A program made the translations under genes and the position numbers. A model generated the notes under the pieces. That model made no database searches. It was not told the origin of the DNA and saw only the letters and a program-made list of their open reading frames with translations. Below, one piece after another: positions 56,079 through 64,000 of a stretch of DNA of 64,000 nt. The DNA is from a virus. Every line of letters starts with the position of its first letter. Position 1 is the first letter of the stretch. Location of the stretch: positions 1 through 64,000 of IMG/VR virus record IMGVR_UViG_3300030419_003648, one strand, 5' to 3'.

Positions 56079-57105
56079 CGATGGACCTCATGCTCATTAT
56101 TATATAAGAATGGCTTGGGCTAGAGTTTTTAGTTCAATGGGTCATGACGTTGAATTATGGAGCAAGGATAGCATCCCAGCATATGATGTTTTTGATGAAT
56201 ATGAACCAGACATATTCATGGGACAGACCTACAACATCACTGAACCTTTAATTAATTGTATTAAAGAAAGACCTCATATGAAGGTTGTGATGAGAGGTTC
56301 TGACTGGGGAGACTTCCAAAAAAATATTAACACGCAAGAGTATCCTATTTTAGTCGCTTCGGAAGAAGAGAAGAAAATGATGGAACGGCTTAAGGAAGAA
56401 ACGGGAAAGCCTGACTTCATACATAATCATTACACTCAAAACTGGATTGATGTAACTCATAACAAATGGAAAGATATAGGAATACGTCCAGTATCATTAA
56501 TACATGCTGGCGATATATTTGAGTACAGTCTACAGCCAAAATCTAACTTGTTTAGCTGTGACGTTGGTTTTGTTGGTGGTTATTGGCCTTATAAAGCAAA
56601 GAGTTTAGACAAGTTTTTAATTCCTCTTTGTCACCCTGTAGGAAAATACAAGGTAAAGATTTTTGGAAATTCCGATTGGCCTGTAGTCCAATATCTAGGA
56701 ACAATAAAATCTAAAAATGTTTCTTCGTTTTTTCAGTCTGCAACTGTATGCCCAAACGTCAGTGAACCTCATTCTCAGGACTTTGGTTATGATATTATCG
56801 AGCGTCCTTTCAAAATTCTCATGTCGGGAGGTTTTTGCATATCAGATTATGTAGAGTCTATGGCAAATGATGTTTTTACAAACGAGGAAATTATCTTCGC
56901 AAAAACACCAGAAGAGTTTGAGACTCTAATTGAATATTATGTTAATAATCCTGACGAGAGAATGAAACATATAGAAGCAGGCTATAATTCTGTCATGTCT
57001 AAACACACCTACTACCATAGGATGGCAAAAATGTTTGAAGAATTAGAAATGCCAGAAGAAGCTGAGAAGTGCATGGAAACTCTCAAGAATTACGTTGGAG
57101 AATAA
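56059..57105 (+). CDS. CgeB-like GT-B glycosyltransferase
   Basis: DVGFVG, IFG..W, ERPFKIL..GGFCISD, HTYYHR. Confidence 0.78.
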   Translation: MKILISSDGPHAHYYIRMAWARVFSSMGHDVELWSKDSIPAYDVFDEYEPDIFMGQTYNITEPLINCIKERPHMKVVMRGSDWGDFQKNINTQEYPILVASEEEKKMMERLKEETGKPDFIHNHYTQNWIDVTHNKWKDIGIRPVSLIHAGDIFEYSLQPKSNLFSCDVGFVGGYWPYKAKSLDKFLIPLCHPVGKYKVKIFGNSDWPVVQYLGTIKSKNVSSFFQSATVCPNVSEPHSQDFGYDIIERPFKILMSGGFCISDYVESMANDVFTNEEIIFAKTPEEFETLIEYYVNNPDERMKHIEAGYNSVMSKHTYYHRMAKMFEELEMPEEAEKCMETLKNYVGE

Positions 57106-58039
57106 TATGACAGTTTTAGTAACTGGAGCTAGTGGGTTTGTTGGTAGAAATCTAATTCAAAAACTTAGGTCTCAGAAGTCTCTTTTTGGAGATATTATTT
57201 CTGTAACGAGGAGTAACTTTGTTTCACCTTTTGTTACTAAAAGCTACAGTATTGACTTAGGCTACTCTGACGTAACTAAGCCTACTTTCTACGATTTCAA
57301 AAAAATATTAGACAGACATAAGCCTGACGTTATCTTTCACCTAGCAAGCAAAGCTACAGTGAAGATGGAAGGCGACGAAGCTTTTCAGATACTGCAAGAT
57401 AATGTATTAAGCACACAGAAGATTTGCGAATGGGCGCCTTTAGGCGCTAAAGTTGTGTTAGCATCCTCAGTGATTGTCTATGGAGACTGGATGTTTAACA
57501 CAGAAAACCCTTCTGCATACACCGAATTAGATAGAACAGAACCAACTTCTATATACGGTATGACTAAGAGAGCTTCTGAAAGTATATTAAGGTACTACAC
57601 CAGTACGGGACAAATAGATGGCGTTTCGGCTCGTATGTGTGCTACTGTTGGGCGTGGGTTAACACACGGTGTTGTTTATGATTTTATTCGTAAAATTCAA
57701 AACAACCCTACGTTGCAAGCTATTGGAAGCAAGCCGGGTTCGAGAAAACCTTATTGCTATATAGATGACTTAACAAGTGCTTTGGTATTGCTAGGTCTTT
57801 CAAAGCAAACAGGCGAATTTAATGTTACTCCAGACGACACAGCTAGCATAGAAGATGTAGCCTATGCTGTTATGGAAGGTCTAGGTGTCGAAAAACCTTT
57901 AGAATGGCTAGGGGATGGAGCCAACTGGAAAGGCGACAATAAACTAATAACTGCAAGTAATCAAAAACTAAAAGATCTTGGATGGGAGCCTAAATACAGT
58001 TCTCGACAAGCAATCGTTGAAGCTGTAAAAAACAGGTAG
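57095..58039 (+). CDS. NAD-dependent sugar epimerase/dehydratase
   Basis: VTGASGFVG, FHLAS, SSVIVYG, YGMTK. Confidence 0.88.
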   Translation: MENNMTVLVTGASGFVGRNLIQKLRSQKSLFGDIISVTRSNFVSPFVTKSYSIDLGYSDVTKPTFYDFKKILDRHKPDVIFHLASKATVKMEGDEAFQILQDNVLSTQKICEWAPLGAKVVLASSVIVYGDWMFNTENPSAYTELDRTEPTSIYGMTKRASESILRYYTSTGQIDGVSARMCATVGRGLTHGVVYDFIRKIQNNPTLQAIGSKPGSRKPYCYIDDLTSALVLLGLSKQTGEFNVTPDDTASIEDVAYAVMEGLGVEKPLEWLGDGANWKGDNKLITASNQKLKDLGWEPKYSSRQAIVEAVKNR

Positions 58040-58041
58040 CT

Positions 58042-59055
58042 ATGAAAATTCTTTACAACCCATTAATGCCATCGGATATTAACCAAGCAGACATGGTGTC
58101 TGACTACCAAGCAGACATGGTCTTTCACGGTTTGGTTAAAAGGCTTGGAAAAGATGTTCACACGTTCTTTGACATGTGGTGGCATCAAAAGAAAATAAAA
58201 GAAGACAGACCCAACCTATTTAGCAAGATATGGGGTAAAGGGTTCACAATGTATGGTCTTCTAGATGAACAAGACTATACCGTACTAGACAGAAACGAGC
58301 ATGTAGGCGAATACGATGCAGTCGTTGTTCCTATTCATCACACAATGACCAGACAAGACGGGCATTTGAAATCAATCATAGACTTCTTTGTAGACCGAGG
58401 TTATGGAAGAAATAGAATAATCGTGGTTGATGGATGGGATAGAGACTACATATGTGAAGACGCAGCGAATAAGTGTACATACTATAAAAGAGAAATGCTC
58501 GACTCACAAGAAGAAATAGCAAACCCTATATCTTTTGCATTTCCCGAAGAAAAAATAAGAGAGCTAGATGACTCAAACAGGTCAGTTCCTTTTGCCCCGT
58601 TAGTTCCGGTTAATCAGTCTATTGACCCTTCTTACATGTCTACGTATATATACGAAGAAGAAGAAAGTTATTACGACATGTATCAAACAGCTTATTTCTC
58701 ATACACATCAAAAAAGGGTGGATGGGATACTCTTAGGCATTATGAGATAATCGCAAACGGTTCAATTCCATTCTTTGTAGATATTGAAAATTGCCCAAAG
58801 AATACATTGTGGAATTTACCTAAAGAAAAACTAATAGAAGCTAAAAACACGCTAGGTGGAATACCAAACCTAAAAGAAGGCGAATGGACAAATGAGCCTT
58901 TACCACATTGTGGAGTGATAGAAAAAGAAAACCCCGGAAAGCTAGAAAACTTTAACCTTGAAAAATGGATCGAATATAGAAAATTTTTCTATGACTGGTT
59001 AAAAGAAAAAAATACAACTACGGCGCTAGCAGATTACATATTAGGAAGAATATGA
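58042..59055 (+). CDS. GT-B-like glycosyltransferase
   Basis: VDGWD, YYKRE, KKGGWDTLRHYEIIANGSIPFF. Confidence 0.65.
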   Translation: MKILYNPLMPSDINQADMVSDYQADMVFHGLVKRLGKDVHTFFDMWWHQKKIKEDRPNLFSKIWGKGFTMYGLLDEQDYTVLDRNEHVGEYDAVVVPIHHTMTRQDGHLKSIIDFFVDRGYGRNRIIVVDGWDRDYICEDAANKCTYYKREMLDSQEEIANPISFAFPEEKIRELDDSNRSVPFAPLVPVNQSIDPSYMSTYIYEEEESYYDMYQTAYFSYTSKKGGWDTLRHYEIIANGSIPFFVDIENCPKNTLWNLPKEKLIEAKNTLGGIPNLKEGEWTNEPLPHCGVIEKENPGKLENFNLEKWIEYRKFFYDWLKEKNTTTALADYILGRI

Positions 59056-59768
59056 TGTTTGGAGTTAAGAAAGCTTATTGTTTATGTTTAGACAAACGAG
59101 AAGAACACTGGCTTGATTTGAAGAAACAAGTTGAATCAAAAGGTTTAGAATTCAACAGGTTTTTAGTCGGCTCAGGTGAAATCTTTCCAAAAGAAGAATA
59201 TTCCCATATAGATGAAGACAACCCTGTCGTTGATATGTGGGGTTATGGAGGTCATCAAACAGACGCAGATGAAACCGTAACAAAGAAAAAGCAAAATCAT
59301 TACAAGGCATTTTTGTCCCATCAAGCGATGGCTAGAAAAGCTTTGGAAGATGGCGATGAAAAGGTTTTGTTTTTAGAGGATGATGCTTATTTTACCGACA
59401 GGTTTGACGAGGTTGTATCCAAAGCCGAAGAACACATTGGTGAAATAGAATATGATATGCTCTATTTAGGCTGGTGGATTGGCGATGAGGGAGACGAATT
59501 AAATGAGCAAATAGAAGGTATTTGGCGTGACACTAAACGTATAGGAATATCGAGAGTCAAAAGGGTTGGCGGTCTACACGGAGTAATACTTAGTAGAGAT
59601 ATTCTTGATGTAATCACTAGACTAGATCCTGTTGATCCTATAGATGCTCAGTTTAACAAGTATTTTCATCACTATGTGAAGTCTTATTTTATAGCTCCTA
59701 AAATTATCCACGATAAGGGCATATACAGTGAGTGTGAACTAAACGTAGTAGAAAGAACCAAGCTGTAA
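59052..59768 (+). CDS. GT25-like glycosyltransferase
   Basis: LCLDKR, FLSH, FLEDDA, MLYLG, PID. Confidence 0.8.
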   Translation: MMFGVKKAYCLCLDKREEHWLDLKKQVESKGLEFNRFLVGSGEIFPKEEYSHIDEDNPVVDMWGYGGHQTDADETVTKKKQNHYKAFLSHQAMARKALEDGDEKVLFLEDDAYFTDRFDEVVSKAEEHIGEIEYDMLYLGWWIGDEGDELNEQIEGIWRDTKRIGISRVKRVGGLHGVILSRDILDVITRLDPVDPIDAQFNKYFHHYVKSYFIAPKIIHDKGIYSECELNVVERTKL

Positions 59769-61138
59769 TGATTAAATTAGTTGTTTTTGATTTAGACGGC
59801 GTTTTAGTAGAAGCAAGAGATATTCACTATGAAGCTTTGAACTTAGCTTTGGCTGAGGTAGGCGAACAGTATGTCATTGGACGAGCAGAACATTTGTCAT
59901 CTTACGATGGTCTATCAACAACTAAAAAGCTCAAAAAACTAACTGTAGAAAAAGGTCTTCCTGAGCATTTTCATAATCAAATATGGGAAGGCAAACAAAA
60001 ACACACGCATAATGTTATATCAAACACCGTAAAACCAAACTGGTCTATAGCATCAGCTTTAAAAAGACTAAAGCATGAGGGTTATACCATTTATTGCGCT
60101 TCTAACTCTATTAGATCTAGCGTAAAGCTTATGCTCTTAAAAGCTCACTATATGGAATATATAGACGAGTATTTTTCCAATCAAGACGTTGAGAATCCAA
60201 AGCCTCATTCTGAAATTTATTTAAAATGTATGGTGAAGGCTGGGGTCAATCCTGATGAGTGTCTAATAGTTGAAGATTCTCATATAGGACGAAAAGCTGC
60301 GGTTAAATCTGGAGCGCATGTTTTAGGCGTGGCAGGTTTACAAGACGTAAATATCAAAAACATATTATCTGCTGTAGAAAGAGCAGACGATAAAAGCAAA
60401 GACGTAAATCCAAAATGGCAAGGTGGAAAGATGAAAGTTTTAATACCAATGGCTGGTGCTGGATCGAGATTTGAAAAGGCTGGATACACATTTCCAAAGC
60501 CTTTAATTGAGGTCAATGGAAAGCCAATGATACAACTGGTAGTTGAAAATTTAAACATTGATGCTGAGCATATTTTCATCGTGCAAAAAGAACACTATGA
60601 AAGATACAATCTTCAGTATTTATTAAATTTAATATCGCCAAACTGCAAAATAGTTCAGGTTGATGGAGTTACCGAAGGTGCAGCATGTACAACTCTATTA
60701 GCAAAAGAGTATATAAATAATGATGAGCCTTTACTGACAGCAAACTCAGACCAGTTTATTGAGTGGAATAGCAATGAATTTCTTTATTCAATGCAAGCTG
60801 AAGGCGTTGATGGAGGGATATTGACTTTTGAATCAATGCACCCAAAGTGGAGCTTTGCAAAACTAGACGATAAAGGTTTTGTTTCTGAAGTAGCCGAAAA
60901 GAAACCAATCAGCAACAAAGCTACGGTTGGAGTCTACTACTGGGCAAAGGGAAGTGATTATGTCAAATATGCAGAACAGATGATCTATCTTAACAAGAGG
61001 GTAAACAATGAGTTTTATGTTTGCCCAGTTTTCAACGAAGCTATTGAAGACAAGAAGAAAATAAAGACTTTTGACATAGAAAAAATGTGGGGTCTTGGCA
61101 CTCCAGAAGACTTGGAGGTATTTTTAAATGACACTTAA
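59768..61138 (+). CDS. HAD phosphatase fused to sugar-nucleotidyltransferase
   Basis: FDLDGVL, ASN, PKP, VEDS; then IPMAGAGSRF, PKPLI, GAACT, NSDQ, GLGTPEDL. Confidence 0.88.
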   Translation: MIKLVVFDLDGVLVEARDIHYEALNLALAEVGEQYVIGRAEHLSSYDGLSTTKKLKKLTVEKGLPEHFHNQIWEGKQKHTHNVISNTVKPNWSIASALKRLKHEGYTIYCASNSIRSSVKLMLLKAHYMEYIDEYFSNQDVENPKPHSEIYLKCMVKAGVNPDECLIVEDSHIGRKAAVKSGAHVLGVAGLQDVNIKNILSAVERADDKSKDVNPKWQGGKMKVLIPMAGAGSRFEKAGYTFPKPLIEVNGKPMIQLVVENLNIDAEHIFIVQKEHYERYNLQYLLNLISPNCKIVQVDGVTEGAACTTLLAKEYINNDEPLLTANSDQFIEWNSNEFLYSMQAEGVDGGILTFESMHPKWSFAKLDDKGFVSEVAEKKPISNKATVGVYYWAKGSDYVKYAEQMIYLNKRVNNEFYVCPVFNEAIEDKKKIKTFDIEKMWGLGTPEDLEVFLNDT

Positions 61139-61790
61139 AATTTTTATTGGTTGGGACAGTAGAGAAACAGACGCTTACCAAGTTTGTATTGATTCTCTAC
61201 AAAAACACTCATCTCAAAAACTTGACATTACACCAATAGTCAAAGATACACTCATTGACACTGGTGAGTATTATAGACCACAGCCAGAAGCTGGATCTGT
61301 TGAGTTTACTTATACTAGATTCTTAACTCCATACTTAGCAGAGTTTAATGATTGGGCTTTGTTCATAGATTGTGACTTTTTGTTTACTAGAGATGTGGCT
61401 GAATTATTTGCTATGGCAGATGATAAATACGCATTAATGTGCGCTAAGCATGATTATATTCCTAAAAATGCAGTAAAGATGGATGGTCAAAAACAAGTTT
61501 CCTACCCAAGAAAAAATTGGTCTAGCTGTATATTGTGGAACTGTGGACATCCTGCAAATGCAATACTAAATCCAGATGTGGTTAGTAAGGAGTCTGGAGC
61601 GTTTTTGCATAGATTTTATTGGCTACCAGATGAATTAATTGGAAGTATTCCTATTGAATGGAATTGGCTAGAAGGAGAATACGACAAGCCTGATGTTCCT
61701 CCTGCGGCAATTCACTTTACAAATGGAGGCCCTTGGTTTGATGAGTGGCAAGACGTAGACTATGCTGATTTGTGGAGATCGTACCTGTGA
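61128..61790 (+). CDS. GT8-like glycosyltransferase
   Basis: IFIGWDSRE, EFTYTRF, FIDCD, YPRKNWSS, HFTNGGPWF. Confidence 0.85.
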   Translation: MTLKIFIGWDSRETDAYQVCIDSLQKHSSQKLDITPIVKDTLIDTGEYYRPQPEAGSVEFTYTRFLTPYLAEFNDWALFIDCDFLFTRDVAELFAMADDKYALMCAKHDYIPKNAVKMDGQKQVSYPRKNWSSCILWNCGHPANAILNPDVVSKESGAFLHRFYWLPDELIGSIPIEWNWLEGEYDKPDVPPAAIHFTNGGPWFDEWQDVDYADLWRSYL

Positions 61791-62713
61791 GCATTAATGT
61801 TTACAACATTAAACGCAACAGAAAAATATACTCAACAATGTGCGATGCCTTTGTAAAAGGTCTTAAAAAACATAACGTCGCGTACAAATACTACGATAAA
61901 TTACGCACTCCTAAAAGCTGCGACTTAGCCGTATGTTTTACAAATGCACCTTCAACAAAAAAAATAATAGAGAAGCAATATGAAGATAGAAATAAATACC
62001 TTAGATTAGACAGAGGTCGCTTTCGTCTAAATGGAATAACAAATATTAAAAACAGAAATGACCTAGAGTTTATATATTGCAACCTATTTGACAAAGATTA
62101 CATTTCAAATTACTACATAAAAAACAAGCCTAACGATAGGCTTATCAAGTTTAATAATTTTGGCATACAAATAAGGCCGTTTAAAACAAAAGGATGCGTT
62201 TTAATACCAGAACAAGTACGCCCTGAAGGTGGATACAATAAGCCAGAAAAACTAAGAGGTCACAAATTTGATAGCTGGATAGAATGGTCAAAAAACATTT
62301 GTAATTTAATAAAGTCTAAAACCGATTTACAAGTAAGAATTAGAAGACATCCCAATAGAAATTTTTGGAAAGATTTTAATGACCATGTAGAAGAAGTTTT
62401 CAACGACATAGAATTTAGCTATGGAGAAAAAGTAGATCTTAAACAAGATCTAAAAGATGTTTCAAGGCTTATAACCATCAGCTCTAAATGTTCAATCGAA
62501 GCATTTTTTAATGGTGTAAACATTTTTGTGGAAGACAAGAGTTCAGTTGTTAAAGACGTTTCAAATAAAATGAATAATTTAGAATCCCCTATAAAATTTA
62601 ATAGACAGCAATGGCTTCAAGATATGTCTTACACTCATTGGACTATTGATGAAATTTCTAATGGTGACTATTGGCAATACTACAAAACGTTTTTAGAAAG
62701 AGATGAGGCATGA
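61787..62713 (+). CDS. GT-B / capsule-synthesis-like protein
   Basis: IRRHP, SSKCSIEA..GV, RQQWL..SY..WT..EI..G. Confidence 0.6.
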   Translation: MSINVYNIKRNRKIYSTMCDAFVKGLKKHNVAYKYYDKLRTPKSCDLAVCFTNAPSTKKIIEKQYEDRNKYLRLDRGRFRLNGITNIKNRNDLEFIYCNLFDKDYISNYYIKNKPNDRLIKFNNFGIQIRPFKTKGCVLIPEQVRPEGGYNKPEKLRGHKFDSWIEWSKNICNLIKSKTDLQVRIRRHPNRNFWKDFNDHVEEVFNDIEFSYGEKVDLKQDLKDVSRLITISSKCSIEAFFNGVNIFVEDKSSVVKDVSNKMNNLESPIKFNRQQWLQDMSYTHWTIDEISNGDYWQYYKTFLERDEA

Positions 62714-63648
62714 AAATTGCAATCTGTATATCAGGATCTTTGAGGCAGTTTGTTACATGCTATGCCAACCTGCAAGAAAATATACTCAATAGCTTAGACG
62801 AAAACGGAGTTGAATATGATTTCTTTTTAAGCACTTGGAAAGATGAATATGGTTATGAAAAAATTAATTTTGAAGACGAAGAAACATTTGAATATGCCCT
62901 GAATTTGTATAAACCAAAAAAATATAACTATGAAATTTACAGTAATGAAAAGAGGAAAAAACTAGCCGAAGAATCAGGGCTAGCTAAGCATCAAAAAAAA
63001 TACAAAGATCAAAAGACAAGCAGTTCCTACAAAGAAGCAGTCACGGGAGGAAAATATGCTAATAATTCGGTAGGACAGCTTTACAATATATACAAGGCAA
63101 ACGAAGTCAAAAAAGAATACGAACAAGAAAATAATTTTACATATGACTACGTAATAAGATACAGATTTGACAATATGATCATAAATTTAGAAAAGCACCC
63201 CAAGATTGCTTTTTTTGATTTTGTAAAAACAATAGAAAAAAACCATTTATATTTTCCTAAAACTAGATGGTATTATCCGCGTATAGATTCACGAACGGGT
63301 TACAACGATACTGATCACTATGAGGAAATAGAAAATTTGCAAGTAGTGCCTTCTTGTCCAGATGACAAATTCGCTATAGGGCATTCTAAAGAAATGGATA
63401 TACTTTCCTCTATATATCCTAACCTGCCTAGAATAATCGAAGTAGGTATGGAAAAATATAGAGTTTATCCTAGTATTCATTACATGATGAAGTTCATGTG
63501 CGACGAAAATAAAATCCAAGCAGTTCCATCCCCTTATATCTTCAATATTTACTACAAGTGTGCAGGTCTCCGAGAAGAAGGGTCAAATAACTCACTGACG
63601 CACTTAAGAAAAGTAGAGAAAAAGAAAAAAAAGAAAGGAAAGAAATGA
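62710..63648 (+). CDS. glycan-related hypothetical protein
   Basis: KIAICISG.LR, STW, YDYVIRYRFD, DKFAIG. Confidence 0.6.
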   Translation: MKIAICISGSLRQFVTCYANLQENILNSLDENGVEYDFFLSTWKDEYGYEKINFEDEETFEYALNLYKPKKYNYEIYSNEKRKKLAEESGLAKHQKKYKDQKTSSSYKEAVTGGKYANNSVGQLYNIYKANEVKKEYEQENNFTYDYVIRYRFDNMIINLEKHPKIAFFDFVKTIEKNHLYFPKTRWYYPRIDSRTGYNDTDHYEEIENLQVVPSCPDDKFAIGHSKEMDILSSIYPNLPRIIEVGMEKYRVYPSIHYMMKFMCDENKIQAVPSPYIFNIYYKCAGLREEGSNNSLTHLRKVEKKKKKKGKK

Positions 63649-64000
63649 TTCTATACGTAACGTCTTTTAATAAAAATCTCTACCAAGTTACTGGTAGAAG
63701 CATGATAGAGTCTTTCGTAAAATGGAAAACCGAAGGAGATCTACTTATAACATTTGAAGACGGTATAGACTCAGACATACCAAAGCATAGAAAATTTTTA
63801 TTTCATGATCTAGACAAAGATGAGTTTCTAAAAAACTGGCTAAAAGAAAACGAAGACATAATCCCTATAGCTTACGGTGGTAAATTTGTTGGAACTTTTG
63901 CAAACAAGTTTAATAGAAGAGCTGCTTGTTGGTTTAGAAAAATAGTCGCTGTCAAAGCTTCGTTAGATTTGGGTTACGATAAAGTTATATTTGTAGATAG
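63645..64000 (+). CDS. probable glycosyltransferase, truncated by window end
   Basis: hand-translated MILYVTSFN..WFRKIVA..KVIFVD (start of a DxD). Confidence 0.6.
   Translation, partial: MILYVTSFNKNLYQVTGRSMIESFVKWKTEGDLLITFEDGIDSDIPKHRKFLFHDLDKDEFLKNWLKENEDIIPIAYGGKFVGTFANKFNRRAACWFRKIVAVKASLDLGYDKVIFVD

Noticed and set aside
58082-58121. 16-bp direct repeat ACCAAGCAGACATGGT (QADMV twice)
   Set aside because: Local in-frame duplication; resemblance to a clamp-binding motif is probably chance in a GT-like protein
250-63519. All minus-strand ORFs in the track (for example 39463-40074, 47957-48517)
   Set aside because: They are antisense shadows of well-supported + strand genes or elements and carry no recognisable motifs
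1-64000. Stop-codon reassignment, or a cellular origin for the window
   Set aside because: Conserved genes are full length in the standard code and TAG/TGA end genes at expected positions; rIIAB, dNMP kinase, single-strand coding and many small unknown ORFs indicate a phage

Overview
A 64-kb segment of a large, AT-rich tailed-phage (Caudoviricetes-like) genome. Essentially every credible gene is on the + strand, tightly packed and often overlapping; standard code, no sign of stop-codon recoding. From start to end: (1) sugar-nucleotide genes and small ORFs mixed with three CCA-less tRNAs (Glu-TTC, Ile2/Met-CAT, Arg-TCT), a tmRNA (tag AEKNFSLAA) and unexplained RNA-like hairpins; (2) rIIA/rIIB; (3) accessory genes including a Tat-signal DUF1501 protein of the planctomycete type (best host clue), glycosyltransferases, a PAP2 phosphatase, a ClpP / sigma / catalytically altered DeoC trio, an M19 dipeptidase and two thioredoxins; (4) nucleotide metabolism: NrdA, a tyrosyl-radical-less class Ic-type NrdB, dUTPase, PhoH, dNMP kinase; (5) a bacterial-type replication module: RecA, DnaB, DnaG, a Cas4-like nuclease, a DnaE polymerase split without inteins around a DEDDh exonuclease (possible +1 frameshift junction), a second SSB and a second sigma factor; (6) a glycosylation cluster of more than 14 kb running off the end. 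No capsid, terminase, integrase or CRISPR array was recognised. All calls come from motif recognition by eye; no searches were run.
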